This document shows positions 10,464-20,513 of a stretch of DNA of 64,000 bases, in pieces. Where the stretch lies: NCBI GenBank assembly GCA_964518125.1, contig CAZFFW010000001.1:39704-103703 (forward strand), read 5' to 3'. The DNA comes from an uncultured Porifericola sp. Its GTDB lineage: Bacteria; Bacteroidota; Bacteroidia; Cytophagales; Cyclobacteriaceae. A program made the translations under genes and the position numbers. The notes beneath the pieces are model-generated. The model ran no database searches. It worked only from the letters and a program-made list of their open reading frames with translations, and had not been told where the DNA came from. Every line of letters begins with the position of its first letter. Position 1 is the first letter of the stretch.

Positions 10464-10919
10464 TTATTCTTCTACTTCCCAGGTGTGGTCGGCTAGTAAG
10501 GTTGCTTTACCAAGTAGTTTATTAAAAGGGATCACTCTGCCCCACTCTTCTGGACTGATCATGGACAGGACATCAGTGCCGTCCTTCTTCTCATACAAAT
10601 AATAAGTATCCCCTACTACCGGCTCAAAATTCATTTGAGAGGTATATATCCTTTCCGACACTTCAACTCTTTTCTTGAGCTTGTTTGCCTGATCTACCAA
10701 TGTCTGCATTTGGCCATAGAGCTGTTTCATTTGACGATCAGTTTGCTGACGCATGGCAGCTACAGCTTTGCCTTTTATCTTCCCTTTATCTTCAGGTCGG
10801 ATAATGGCTCCTCCAACGGTATGCGGGAAAGCCAGCGTACCCGGTGTTTCAGTGATCTTTTCTCTTTCTTTTTCAAGATCTATGTGATCAAGATTAATCT
10901 TGTTGGTTTTTCTTTCCAA
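10464..10919 (-). CDS. hypothetical protein (possibly DUF2452-like)
   Basis: 151-aa ORF, no overlap with neighbours, central coiled-coil segment. The family assignment is from memory only. Confidence 0.45.
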   Translation of the reverse strand: MERKTNKINLDHIDLEKEREKITETPGTLAFPHTVGGAIIRPEDKGKIKGKAVAAMRQQTDRQMKQLYGQMQTLVDQANKLKKRVEVSERIYTSQMNFEPVVGDTYYLYEKKDGTDVLSMISPEEWGRVIPFNKLLGKATLLADHTWEVEE

Positions 10920-10948
10920 AATCTTTCGCTTTTTTTCAACTTACAGTT

Positions 10949-11104
10949 TTACTTGATGCTATCTTCAGAAGGTGCAATTCTTTCCTTGAGATTTGGTTTA
11001 GAACCGGGAAAGGTAGTTCGGGTAGCAATATCATAGCTAAAGTATAGCATGATAATGATGAAGAGTATCGCTACAATTAAAAATATTTTTTTAGAGCGCT
11101 TCAT
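10949..11104 (-). CDS. small single-pass membrane protein (51 aa)
   Basis: MKRSKKIFLIVAILFIIIMLYFSY... was found by hand translation and is below the ORF-track cutoff. It lies co-directionally upstream of the 10464-10919 gene. Confidence 0.3.
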   Translation of the reverse strand: MKRSKKIFLIVAILFIIIMLYFSYDIATRTTFPGSKPNLKERIAPSEDSIK

Positions 11105-11184
11105 TGTATTTGCTATGCTGCATATTTTTCATTCAGAAAACGTGTGAATACAAAAATAGTTCTAAATCATAAGTGAACAAGTAG

Positions 11185-12261
11185 ATGGGGCTCAGAAAGA
11201 TCATACATGTGGATATGGATGCCTTTTTTGCCTCAGTAGAACAAAGAGACTTTCCTGAATTAAGAGGCAAACCTGTGGCTGTGGGTGGTAGCAGTCTGAG
11301 AGGCGTGGTAGCAGCAGCCAGTTATGAGGCCCGAAGATATGGTGTACGCTCTGCAATGCCATCACTGCAGGCTATTAAGCTCTGTCCTCATTTAATATTT
11401 GTAAAAGGTAGAATGGAGGCTTACAGAGAAGTCTCTATGCAAATCAGAGAAATCTTTTTGCAATATACTGACCTTGTAGAGCCGCTATCCATAGATGAAG
11501 CTTACCTGGATGTAACGGTAAACAAATTGGGTATACCTTCAGCCATGAAGGTAGCGCTTGAAATCAAAAAACAAATCAAGGATACTACCCAACTAACTGC
11601 TTCAGCTGGTATATCATTTAATAAATTCCTGGCAAAAACCGCATCCGGAATCAATAAGCCCGACGGCTTTACGGTAATACTACCTGAAGAAGCAGAAGCG
11701 TTTCTGGAAAAGCTGCCTATTGAAAAATTTTATGGTATTGGTAAGGTGACTGCTCATAAGATGCATGATGCAGGCATACACAATGGCAGCGACTTAAAAC
11801 AAAGAAGCTTACCTGAACTTCTGAAGCGTTTTGGAAAGGCTGGCAAATTCTATTATGATATCGTCAGGGGAAATGACGAAAGGGTCGTAAACCCCGAGAG
11901 GATCAGAAAGTCCATCAGCGTAGAAAGGACTTTCAATGTCAACTTAGAAACCAAAACAGCCCTGAGAGAAGCACTGCTTGATCTTTCTGAAAAACTGATT
12001 ATCAGAATGAAAAAAAGCCAGGCTTTTGGTAGTACTTTAACGCTGAAAATCAAGTATGAAGACTTCAGTATATTAACCAGAAATGCCACTTCACCTTCCC
12101 TATTTGATGACAAAGAGCATATTCTAAGGTATGCCGAAAGTCTTTTGCTGCATGCTGACCTGGAAAACCATCAGGTTAGATTACTTGGAATTGGCATATC
12201 ATCTTTGGTGGATAATCATAATAATGATGGGCAACAGCTAATCATTCCATTTAAAGAATAA
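11185..12261 (+). CDS. dinB: DNA polymerase IV
   Basis: 358 aa. IIHVDMDAFFASVEQ and SIDEAYLDVT are Y-family polymerase signatures. Confidence 0.9.
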   Translation: MGLRKIIHVDMDAFFASVEQRDFPELRGKPVAVGGSSLRGVVAAASYEARRYGVRSAMPSLQAIKLCPHLIFVKGRMEAYREVSMQIREIFLQYTDLVEPLSIDEAYLDVTVNKLGIPSAMKVALEIKKQIKDTTQLTASAGISFNKFLAKTASGINKPDGFTVILPEEAEAFLEKLPIEKFYGIGKVTAHKMHDAGIHNGSDLKQRSLPELLKRFGKAGKFYYDIVRGNDERVVNPERIRKSISVERTFNVNLETKTALREALLDLSEKLIIRMKKSQAFGSTLTLKIKYEDFSILTRNATSPSLFDDKEHILRYAESLLLHADLENHQVRLLGIGISSLVDNHNNDGQQLIIPFKE

Positions 12262-12317
12262 TAATCTGGCCTCAGATAGTTTTTTTTGCACTTAACCTTA
12301 CTTTTAGATAAGCTGTT

Positions 12318-12367
12318 TATGCCATATTTTTATTTAATTGACTTGTCAATGTTACATAGATGGCATA
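12318..12367. promoter_or_regulatory. nested inverted repeats upstream of the PKD adhesin gene
   Basis: TATGCCAT (12318-12325) and ATGGCATA (12360-12367) enclose the palindrome TTGACTTGTCAA (12338-12349). Confidence 0.3.
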
Positions 12368-12530
12368 GGAATTATGATGTATAAGTCTGATTAACAGCAA
12401 TTTATACATTTTATACCCACCCTCTTTTTTCATCCTTCTCTTACAAATATCTAGACTTACCACATGAGCATGAGGCTTATTTTTTGTACTATTTTCATAA
12501 CCTTTAGAACCACATCTGTAAAAAAGCTTT

Positions 12531-15500
12531 TTGAATCAGCGAGAAAAAAACATGGAAGGGAGATCTAGACAAGCTTTTCGTCAACTAATTTTGCCAAATC
12601 AAGCGGGGCAGCCACTCATTATTATTGCGTTTGCATTACTTATTTCCCTAATTCCCTCTTTTGTAAGTGCCCAATGTAACTATTCAAACCAGGGAAATCA
12701 GGTGTTGAGCCCCCCTCAGGTTTGTGCACCACATGATTTTATGTGGCGAGTGGAAGCCAGGGTTGCAGGTACTCCGGCTAGTGTTGAATACCTTTTTTTC
12801 TGGGGTGACAATCCTCTTCCTGAAATTTTCCCTTCTACCTATGACCCGATCACTGGCTATTACCATGCAATAGGAAGCCATACATATCCACGGGGCGGTG
12901 ATCAGTGTGAGTATGAACCTACTGTACAGCTTAGAATTAATGGAGTGGCTTGTCCTGATTCTGAGCAGAAACAATTGGTAACAGTCTGGGACCTGGATAA
13001 TGAAAACGGGGGCCAACTTAGAATTGACCCAGAAGTATATAGAGTTTGCGTAGGTGAAGATGCTACGATCAGCTTCAATGATAATAGTATCTGGAATTGT
13101 GTACCTGCTTCCGGCGCAGATGACAGAATCAATAATGCGGTAAGGTGGGTACAGTGGATTTACGGAACCGGCCCTGCCGCCGATCGTCTTGCGGATGTAG
13201 AAGTGGGTGGTGCAGTCCAAACTTACGATTATGCAGGAGATGTGGCGTTCTTACAGGGCCCTATCATCAATTCAACGGCAGTGAGTCAACAAATCTATGT
13301 ACCAGTAACTACTGCTGCTGACCTGGGCAAACAGTTTGAAGTAACCCTGAGAAACTGGAATATCTGTAATCCTTATGACGCAGATACCACTGACGGTAAT
13401 TATTTAAATCCGGTCAATCCTGGAGGAGATGAAAATTTCATTTCACAGACCGCCAGAATTGTCGTTGTAGAAAAATCAAATCCTGATTTCAGAACTCGTC
13501 TGAATAATGGTTCGGGAGTCATTAAGTCAGAGTTTTGTGTAGGAGAGCAGGTGCACTTTGAAAACCTCACGCCTGGCATCGATGATGATGGAGATGGTAC
13601 TGCTGATTCTGATTTCGGCTGGAGGTGGGAGATTTTTGATGATGAAACAGGGAGCAGCTTATTAGAAGTAAAGACCGGAAAAAGCCCTAATTTAACTTTT
13701 ACAAATCCCGGCAGAAAGCTAATCAGACTAATCGCCAGTGACAGGAATACAGTCGGTAACTGTGGTGGCCAGATCGTACATTATGTAGATATCCTTTCTA
13801 CCCCTGAGGCCGCAATACAAACAACGGATATTGATGATAACCCATTAGGAGCACTATGTTATGACTCTGCGAATCCTCAGAATTTCAATATTAGATTCTC
13901 AGATGTTTCCCTAGGCTTCAATCCTGCCAATTCTACCTGGAAGTGGATTTTTTATGATCAGAATGGAGTAAAGACTGATTCTGTAGAGGGTAGCGGTACT
14001 CAACAGCAGATCGACAAAACTTATACTCAGCCCGGAATTTACATGGCTGAACTGATAGCTTCTTCTCTCGGTGTCGATTGTGAAAGCAGGGATACAGCTT
14101 ATGTTAATATTTACCATCAGCCGGAAGTAGATTTCACATTTGATGTGGTCTGTGCTACCGATAGTACCACATTTACTTCAACAGCGAATTTACCCCTTTC
14201 CGTAAACGGAGATCAACTCATCCTTTACGAATGGGACTTTGATTATGATGGATCAAGCTTCTCTGCTGATACAAGCATGACTACACCTCAGGCATTCAAA
14301 TACTCACTGGGCTTCAAAAACAGCTATCAGGTAGCGCATCGGGTCAGTTCCTCTGTCGGAAACTGCTCGGCCATAGCCGTAAAGGATGTAAGTATAAAGC
14401 CAACACCCGATCCCGCATTCACCGCTAGTCAGCTAAGCGGATGTTCCCCACTCGAAGTCACATTTACACCAAATACACTGATTGCAGATCAGAATGCGAC
14501 TATTGAAAGCTATATCTGGTACGTACGAGACCTGAAAACGAATATAGTGAGCAGCACCATCTTGAGCCCTGCTACCGATAGTTTCGAGACAGAATTTTTC
14601 AATACACAGTCTGCAGCGATAGACCATGAGTATGAGGTTTGGTTATCTGCCAATGCGGCAGGAAGTTGTGATGTAATCAGTGATCCGGTTAAAATCACAG
14701 TATTTTCCGGACCTCAATCCCGCTTCAGTATACTGAACTATAGCGGTCTTGAAAACAACTGTTCTCCGAGAACTTACGATTTTAAAGTAGATGCTGAAAC
14801 CCGAACCCTTAATCCAGATACTTATCGCTGGCATATCATGGATGTTTCAGACAGCACCCTTGTCGTAGACACAGTTATGGCGGGAAGCCAGTCAGTTTTT
14901 TCATATACTTTATACAACGAGGTAAACACAGTAAAGAAATACAGTGTCACTTTTCTGGCAGAAAAAAACGGGCTTTGTTTTTCGGAGAGTAGCCGGATTG
15001 TAGATGTTAATCCCGTTCCCCCCGCTGATTTTACGTATGAAATAATAGATGCTGACTGTGATCAGGTAACTTACCAAATCACGGCAGCACAGCCTGGTCT
15101 GAGCTATGAATGGTCAGTGAACCCATCCCCGGCAAATGACCCTGATCTGGACGGAGAGACTATCCAGCTAAAGTATTTCAAATCAGCTTCATCAGCTTAT
15201 CCCGTTAGAGTATCACTGATCACTGAAAATCTTGTTGGGTGTAACAGTGAACAAAACCTGCAGACCATCACCATTGAACCTCAGGAAAATATTGGCGCTG
15301 AGTTTACTACTGATCCAACCATTACTGAAGTACCCAACCAGACCATTCAGATCATAAACAACACCAATCCTGGAAACTGGGAATACTACTGGGACTTTGG
15401 CGATGGCGCTACTTCTACAGAAGCAAACCCTATATCCCATACCTATAATAAACCGGGTGAATACATGATTCGGATGCGGGCAGATGGTTTATATTGCTAT

Positions 15501-16841
15501 GAAGAAGATTCTGCTAAAGTAATCATAAGGCAAACTCTGCCTCAACTTGATTTTAGCTTCTCTACAATAGAAGGTTGTCTTCCCTTAGAGGTAACTTTTG
15601 TGAACGAATCACTGTATGCTGATTCCAGCACATTTTTCTGGGATTTCGGAAACGGGGCTACCTCTACAGAGATCAATCCCGTGTATACTTACACCGAATC
15701 TGGTATCTACACAGTATCCCTGGAAGCCAGCAATGAACTGGGTGTGGTAATGCGAAAGGAAGTGGATATTGTAGTGGATCTCAACCAGGGACCGAAAGCG
15801 GACTTCAGGATCAGGCTCGCACAGGCTTATTTGCCAGGTCAGGAGATCAGCTTCTTTAACCAGAGCCAGCGTTCTGAGTTTCACTTTTGGGATTTTGGTG
15901 ATGGTAGTACATCCACTGAAACAGAGCCTTCCCACGTATACGAGGCGGTAGGTAATTACGAAATCATGCTGGTTACCTCTAACACCCTGGGATGTGCTGA
16001 CACAACATTCCAAAGTATTTTCATTGAGCCATTTCACCCTGAAATAGACTTCACCTACGAACCACCAAAAGGCTGCAGGCCACTAACGGTACAATTCAGA
16101 AACTTATCCAGGTTTGCAGAACCCGGTTCTTACAGGTGGAGCTTTGGCGAAGGTGAAGGTGTATCAACTGAAGAGAATCCCAGCTATACTTATTACGAAC
16201 CTGGCATCTATACTATTTCACTGGAAGCCAGTAATAGCATTGGAATCACCGAGAAATCCATCAAGGAATTCAGTGTGGAAGTATACGAGACACCCCGGGC
16301 TTCATTCAACATGCGGCCTGATGAGGCTTTCTTAACAGAACCTATATACTTTGTAAACCTTAGTATAGGTGCTGAAAAATACTACTGGGACTTTGGTGAC
16401 GGCAACTTCTCTACAGATTTTGAACCATCCCATGTATATACAGAAACGGGTGTATATGATGTAATGCTGGTAGTAGAGAGTGACAAAGGCTGTACAGATA
16501 CACTAACCATGGAAAGTGCGGTCATCATTAAGGAAGGTGGCAAAATCAACATTCCCAATGCATTTACCCCCAATACATTAGGGCCCGGAGGCTCCGATGC
16601 CTCAGGTGCCAGCAAAAATGATGTGTTTCTGCCCGTATTTGAAGGTGTTACCAGTTTTCACATGATGGTGTATAATCGGTGGGGAGAACTCATGTTTGAA
16701 AGTTATGATAAAAACTTCGGGTGGGATGGTTACTATAAAGGTAAACTAAGTCCTATGGATGTGTATGTATACAAGTTAGAGTTAGAGTTTAGTAACGGGA
16801 AGTCTGAAACAATAGTAGGTGATTTGAGCCTGCTCAGGTAA
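12531..16841 (+). CDS. giant PKD-repeat cell-surface protein with T9SS type-B (gliding-motility) C-terminal domain
   Basis: 1436 aa with a signal peptide (ISLIPSFVSAQ). About 11 Ig/PKD-like repeats are spaced 85-100 aa apart, several carrying WDFGDG(A/S)TS. The tail has type-B CTD motifs. The track start is TTG; an ATG at 12552 is an alternative. Confidence 0.85.
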   Translation: MNQREKNMEGRSRQAFRQLILPNQAGQPLIIIAFALLISLIPSFVSAQCNYSNQGNQVLSPPQVCAPHDFMWRVEARVAGTPASVEYLFFWGDNPLPEIFPSTYDPITGYYHAIGSHTYPRGGDQCEYEPTVQLRINGVACPDSEQKQLVTVWDLDNENGGQLRIDPEVYRVCVGEDATISFNDNSIWNCVPASGADDRINNAVRWVQWIYGTGPAADRLADVEVGGAVQTYDYAGDVAFLQGPIINSTAVSQQIYVPVTTAADLGKQFEVTLRNWNICNPYDADTTDGNYLNPVNPGGDENFISQTARIVVVEKSNPDFRTRLNNGSGVIKSEFCVGEQVHFENLTPGIDDDGDGTADSDFGWRWEIFDDETGSSLLEVKTGKSPNLTFTNPGRKLIRLIASDRNTVGNCGGQIVHYVDILSTPEAAIQTTDIDDNPLGALCYDSANPQNFNIRFSDVSLGFNPANSTWKWIFYDQNGVKTDSVEGSGTQQQIDKTYTQPGIYMAELIASSLGVDCESRDTAYVNIYHQPEVDFTFDVVCATDSTTFTSTANLPLSVNGDQLILYEWDFDYDGSSFSADTSMTTPQAFKYSLGFKNSYQVAHRVSSSVGNCSAIAVKDVSIKPTPDPAFTASQLSGCSPLEVTFTPNTLIADQNATIESYIWYVRDLKTNIVSSTILSPATDSFETEFFNTQSAAIDHEYEVWLSANAAGSCDVISDPVKITVFSGPQSRFSILNYSGLENNCSPRTYDFKVDAETRTLNPDTYRWHIMDVSDSTLVVDTVMAGSQSVFSYTLYNEVNTVKKYSVTFLAEKNGLCFSESSRIVDVNPVPPADFTYEIIDADCDQVTYQITAAQPGLSYEWSVNPSPANDPDLDGETIQLKYFKSASSAYPVRVSLITENLVGCNSEQNLQTITIEPQENIGAEFTTDPTITEVPNQTIQIINNTNPGNWEYYWDFGDGATSTEANPISHTYNKPGEYMIRMRADGLYCYEEDSAKVIIRQTLPQLDFSFSTIEGCLPLEVTFVNESLYADSSTFFWDFGNGATSTEINPVYTYTESGIYTVSLEASNELGVVMRKEVDIVVDLNQGPKADFRIRLAQAYLPGQEISFFNQSQRSEFHFWDFGDGSTSTETEPSHVYEAVGNYEIMLVTSNTLGCADTTFQSIFIEPFHPEIDFTYEPPKGCRPLTVQFRNLSRFAEPGSYRWSFGEGEGVSTEENPSYTYYEPGIYTISLEASNSIGITEKSIKEFSVEVYETPRASFNMRPDEAFLTEPIYFVNLSIGAEKYYWDFGDGNFSTDFEPSHVYTETGVYDVMLVVESDKGCTDTLTMESAVIIKEGGKINIPNAFTPNTLGPGGSDASGASKNDVFLPVFEGVTSFHMMVYNRWGELMFESYDKNFGWDGYYKGKLSPMDVYVYKLELEFSNGKSETIVGDLSLLR
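16542..16838 (+). other. T9SS type-B sorting domain (gliding motility-associated C-terminal domain)
   Basis: The last 99 aa read KINIPNAFTPN...DVFLPVF...MMVYNRWGELMFES...GWDGYYKGK...VYVYKLE, the TIGR04131-type pattern. Confidence 0.75.
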
Positions 16842-16852
16842 GTAGCGTGTAT

Positions 16853-17905
16853 ATGAAAAAAATTTTACAGAGATTATTCCTATTAGCAGTGATGATAGGC
16901 ATATGCAAAGACATCGCTTATGCCCAGGATCCACAATTTACCCAGTATTTTGCTGCACCTTTGTATTTGAATCCTGCATTTGCCGGTACAACCAACCAGC
17001 ACAGGGCTAGTGTAAACTACCGGAGCCACTGGGCAAGCCTGCCAAGAGCATTTGTCACTTATGCATTTGCATATGATTATAACCTGCCCTCTTCTAACAG
17101 CAATGTGGGCGTCATTTTCTCTACAGACAGGGCAGGTACGGCTAATTTAAGTGCTACCAGTGTTGGTGCCATTTATTCCTATACCATCCCTCTTACGGAT
17201 AAACTCAGGGCTGTTCCTGCTTTTCAGATTGGCTACTTAAGCCAGAGTATGGATTTCTCAAAGCTGGTTTTTGGTGACCAGCTGGCATTTGGAAACCCTG
17301 ATGCTCCTACTACTGACCCGGACCTGAGAAACCTGGATAGTCAAAACAGCTTTGACTTTGGAAGTGGGTTGGTTATCTATGATAACCGTTTCTGGGCCGG
17401 CATTGCTTTACACCATATCAACCAACCCAACCGATCAGTACTTGGTGATGAAAGTAGACTTCCTATGCGGATGACCATGCATGCCGGTTGGAAAATCCCA
17501 CTCAAAATGGGCCCTACGAAAAGTGGTATAGAGTCCAGCATCAACCCATCATTCAATTACCGTAAACAAGGAAGATTTGATCAGTTAGATGTAGGGTTTA
17601 ACTATTACTACCGCATGCTGATGCTAGGATTGTGGTACAGAGGAATTCCATTACAACAGGATATGCCCAAAACCATTAACCACGATGCATTGGCAGTATC
17701 TTTCGGACTTTCATTTAATAATCTGAACTTTGGCTATAGCTATGATATGACAGTGTCTAAACTAGGGCCTGCTTCTTCAGGAGGATCTCACGAAATTTCA
17801 CTGGTCATGCAAATGCAGGTGGGCAAGCGCCCAGGAAAGGTAAGTAGGAAGGACAAGTATAATCCCTGTCCGGCATTTATGCCAAACTATCTCTGGAAGC
17901 CATAA
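16853..17905 (+). CDS. PorP/SprF family type IX secretion system membrane protein
   Basis: AQDPQFTQYFAAPLYLNPAFAG follows the signal peptide and is the PorP/SprF hallmark. The gene starts ~10 nt after the type-B CTD cargo gene. I chose the ATG at 16853 over the GTG at 16847. Confidence 0.85.
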   Translation: MKKILQRLFLLAVMIGICKDIAYAQDPQFTQYFAAPLYLNPAFAGTTNQHRASVNYRSHWASLPRAFVTYAFAYDYNLPSSNSNVGVIFSTDRAGTANLSATSVGAIYSYTIPLTDKLRAVPAFQIGYLSQSMDFSKLVFGDQLAFGNPDAPTTDPDLRNLDSQNSFDFGSGLVIYDNRFWAGIALHHINQPNRSVLGDESRLPMRMTMHAGWKIPLKMGPTKSGIESSINPSFNYRKQGRFDQLDVGFNYYYRMLMLGLWYRGIPLQQDMPKTINHDALAVSFGLSFNNLNFGYSYDMTVSKLGPASSGGSHEISLVMQMQVGKRPGKVSRKDKYNPCPAFMPNYLWKP

Positions 17906-17937
17906 AAAAAAGCGGAATGTTCATCATTCCGCTTTTT
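17904..17937. terminator. bidirectional rho-independent terminator
   Basis: aaaaaaa-agcggaatg-ttcat-cattccgct-tttt lies between convergent genes. Confidence 0.7.
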
Positions 17938-17954
17938 CAATTATAGGGATTGGA

Positions 17955-19016
17955 TCATAAAATAATGCCAAAACTAAATGCATTTAACTGAGGCCCTCTG
18001 TTTTCAACAAACAGATCATTCAGGTCATAATTAGCAAACAGATCAACACCTTTGAAGCCTAACTGTAGCCTGGCTCCATAGCGCCAGTTATTAAAGTAAA
18101 AATTTGTTCTGTCCTTATCTCGCTCACGGTCACCATTGTCTTTGATCACATATTTTGATCTGCCGCCCAAACGATAGCCAGCGTAGCCTCCAAGACCTAT
18201 CCTGAAGCCATCGTGCTCATGATATGAAAAAGGAGACCAGTCAGAATTTCTCTTTTTCCCAAATACAAACATGGGCACAAGGGTAGCATTAAGGTAAGGT
18301 ACAACTAACTTGCTTTTTATGGCTTCAAAGTCAGTAGCAGGATCTTCATAAAAAATCACGCCTTCATCTGCCTTCAGCACCCTGGTACGCTCGTTATCAA
18401 ATTTGAAATTATACCAACTAACATTAGCCCCCCAGTCCAGAGAGAGTGGTCCGGCGATGTGTGTACTATTCATGCTTCCGAGGGCTACATACCAGGATAC
18501 TATAGGATTAACAGCATAGAGTTCATTATTGGCATCCGGAAATTCACCATTCACCAGATAATTGTTCAAGCCAAATTCCATAATGAATGTGCTGCTGGTA
18601 CCTTTAGGCTTTTTCTTGTTAAACTGTACTTCTTCCTGCTTATCCTGCTCCTGCCCTTCCAGGTTACTGCTCAGTTTTTCCAGTTCTCGTTCCAGCCTCT
18701 CAAGCTTTGCTTCCAGGGAGGAATTTTCTTCTGCTTCATCTTGCTTTTCTTCCAGCACGTAGCGTGTACCACTTTCATCTTCCAGTATGATGGTCACATT
18801 CTCCTCACCTGTTCCATCCGACTGCCTGTTTAATTCACTGATGATCGTATTGAGATCATACTTTTTTAGCTGTTGTAGTTCATTGCCACTACTGGATATG
18901 ATTTTGATCTCTTCATTGTCTGATAAGCGGATAATCACTGTGTCCGGCTGGATACCAGCCTGCAGATTAGTCCCAAGGCTGGTAATGAAAAGCGCTGCAA
19001 TTAATATGGGTTTCAT
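17955..19016 (-). CDS. putative outer-membrane protein, third gene of the ECF sigma operon
   Basis: The signal peptide MKPILIAALFITSLG is taken from an internal Met; the track start at 19055 would overlap the upstream gene. An acidic coiled-coil segment (EAKLERLERELEKL) is followed by a Gly/aromatic-rich, beta-barrel-like C-terminal half. Confidence 0.5.
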   Translation of the reverse strand: MKPILIAALFITSLGTNLQAGIQPDTVIIRLSDNEEIKIISSSGNELQQLKKYDLNTIISELNRQSDGTGEENVTIILEDESGTRYVLEEKQDEAEENSSLEAKLERLERELEKLSSNLEGQEQDKQEEVQFNKKKPKGTSSTFIMEFGLNNYLVNGEFPDANNELYAVNPIVSWYVALGSMNSTHIAGPLSLDWGANVSWYNFKFDNERTRVLKADEGVIFYEDPATDFEAIKSKLVVPYLNATLVPMFVFGKKRNSDWSPFSYHEHDGFRIGLGGYAGYRLGGRSKYVIKDNGDRERDKDRTNFYFNNWRYGARLQLGFKGVDLFANYDLNDLFVENRGPQLNAFSFGIIL

Positions 19017-19038
19017 GATATATTTTGGGTTAATGTTG

Positions 19039-19812
19039 TCAACGGATAACTTCATTTTCTAACTTGTTAAATACCTTGGCTAACAATTCTGATTTTGCAC
19101 TCCTGATTTCAGCCAGGTTGATACCACTGTTTTTCAGGTCAGCCAGCAGCTCGAGAGCATTTTCTCTATCGGCATTACTCTCATGCTTAGGCGATACTTC
19201 ACCCGGCTTATAGATCAGTTCTACCGGTGCATTTATGATCGGTTGCTGTATATCAAGGGCCAGCATTTCAACAGATGCTGCATCCAATGGCTGTAGTTCA
19301 AGTGGATTTACCTTTGAAATCAATTCGGGATCAGCAGTATTTTCGTTAGCCATAAACTGCATTTCTTCTGTATTTTCAGCAGTCTGAGGCATTTCAGTAT
19401 TTTCCTGCGGTACAGCCTCCTTTTCAGCTGATAGGGGCTTACGCTCTGATGGTTTCGCTACTTTTTCCTGATTTAGAGCAAGCGAATTATCAGCTTTTTG
19501 CTCCGGAATTGAGGGTACATCTTTCGCAGAGCTATCTTCAGAAAGTTGTTTTTCCGGCTGAAGTGAAGTTTTCTCCTCAGTCTGAGCAGGTGAAACAGCC
19601 ATCATTTCTTTACTGTCTTCACGGCTAAACCAAAAAGCGCCTCCGGCAACTATCAGCAATAAAACTGCAGCAGCTACCCTCCAGAAAATGAATTTCTTCT
19701 TCCGCTGCTCCTCAGCTTCTAAAGCTGCATCTAACTGGTCCCAGACGGCAGACGAAGGTGGGCTTTTGTGATCGTAAAGTTTTTCTGAAAATATTTTATC
19801 AAAATCTTTCAT
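19039..19812 (-). CDS. putative anti-sigma factor (single-pass membrane protein)
   Basis: 257 aa with one TM (FIFWRVAAAVLLLIVAGGAFWF). It sits 2 nt downstream of the ECF sigma gene and has a low-complexity periplasmic part. Confidence 0.6.
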   Translation of the reverse strand: MKDFDKIFSEKLYDHKSPPSSAVWDQLDAALEAEEQRKKKFIFWRVAAAVLLLIVAGGAFWFSREDSKEMMAVSPAQTEEKTSLQPEKQLSEDSSAKDVPSIPEQKADNSLALNQEKVAKPSERKPLSAEKEAVPQENTEMPQTAENTEEMQFMANENTADPELISKVNPLELQPLDAASVEMLALDIQQPIINAPVELIYKPGEVSPKHESNADRENALELLADLKNSGINLAEIRSAKSELLAKVFNKLENEVIR

Positions 19813-19814
19813 GT

Positions 19815-20387
19815 CTATCCAATTTGATTGTTTTGCTTAACCGACAAATTCAGTTTCTCTATTTTCTGTCTGAGTATCTGCCTGGCACGGCTAAGCTGTG
19901 ACTTTGATGTTCCTTCGCTAATATTTAGCTTCTCTGCTATTTCATGATGTGCATAGCCTTCTATAGCGTAGAGGTTAAACACCGTTCGGTAACCAACCGG
20001 AAGCTCATGAATCAGATCCATGAGTTCCTGCTCAGCGAGGTGATCCACCCGAATACTGTGGGCCCCACTGGCTTCTTCCACATCTACTTCCAGATACATA
20101 TTTTTATTTTTCCGGATATACATCAGTGCCTCATTGACTAAGATCCGCCTGATCCAGCCTTCCAGGCTACCCTCAGAGCGAAAATTTTTGAGGTTCTGAA
20201 AGACTTTCATGAATCCCTTCAACAAAACATCCTCTGCTTCTGAGCTATCCCGAACATATCTCAGGCACACAGTATGCATCACGGGTGCAAATCGCTCGTA
20301 CAAAGCTCGTTGTGCTTTGCGGTCTTGCCTGATACAAGCTGTGACTATCTGATCCAAAGATTTACTATTGTGTAATTGAAGTCTCAT
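19815..20387 (-). CDS. RNA polymerase ECF-type sigma-70 factor
   Basis: 190 aa with region 2 (FRSEGSLEGWIRRILVNEAL) and region 4 (YAIEGYAHHEIAEKLNISEGTSKSQL). Confidence 0.9.
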   Translation of the reverse strand: MRLQLHNSKSLDQIVTACIRQDRKAQRALYERFAPVMHTVCLRYVRDSSEAEDVLLKGFMKVFQNLKNFRSEGSLEGWIRRILVNEALMYIRKNKNMYLEVDVEEASGAHSIRVDHLAEQELMDLIHELPVGYRTVFNLYAIEGYAHHEIAEKLNISEGTSKSQLSRARQILRQKIEKLNLSVKQNNQIG

Positions 20388-20513
20388 TTAAGTTCTTGGC
20401 TTTCATTTGTTAGATGTAAGCTTCAGTCCATCGGTTGCATGTACTCAGAACTTTTTTTTGAAATTTATATAAGTAAAACTGAAATTCACGCTTTGCTATC
20501 AAAAAAGCACCAC

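Noticed and set aside
12684-13220. 178-aa minus-strand ORF
   Set aside because: It is antisense inside the PKD adhesin gene, and the plus-strand frame has clear domain structure.
20376-20513. 46-aa N-terminal extension of the threonine aldolase ORF
   Set aside because: It overlaps the ECF sigma gene start. The aldolase-family N-terminus (MIDLRSDTVTRPT) begins right after the internal ATG at 20514.
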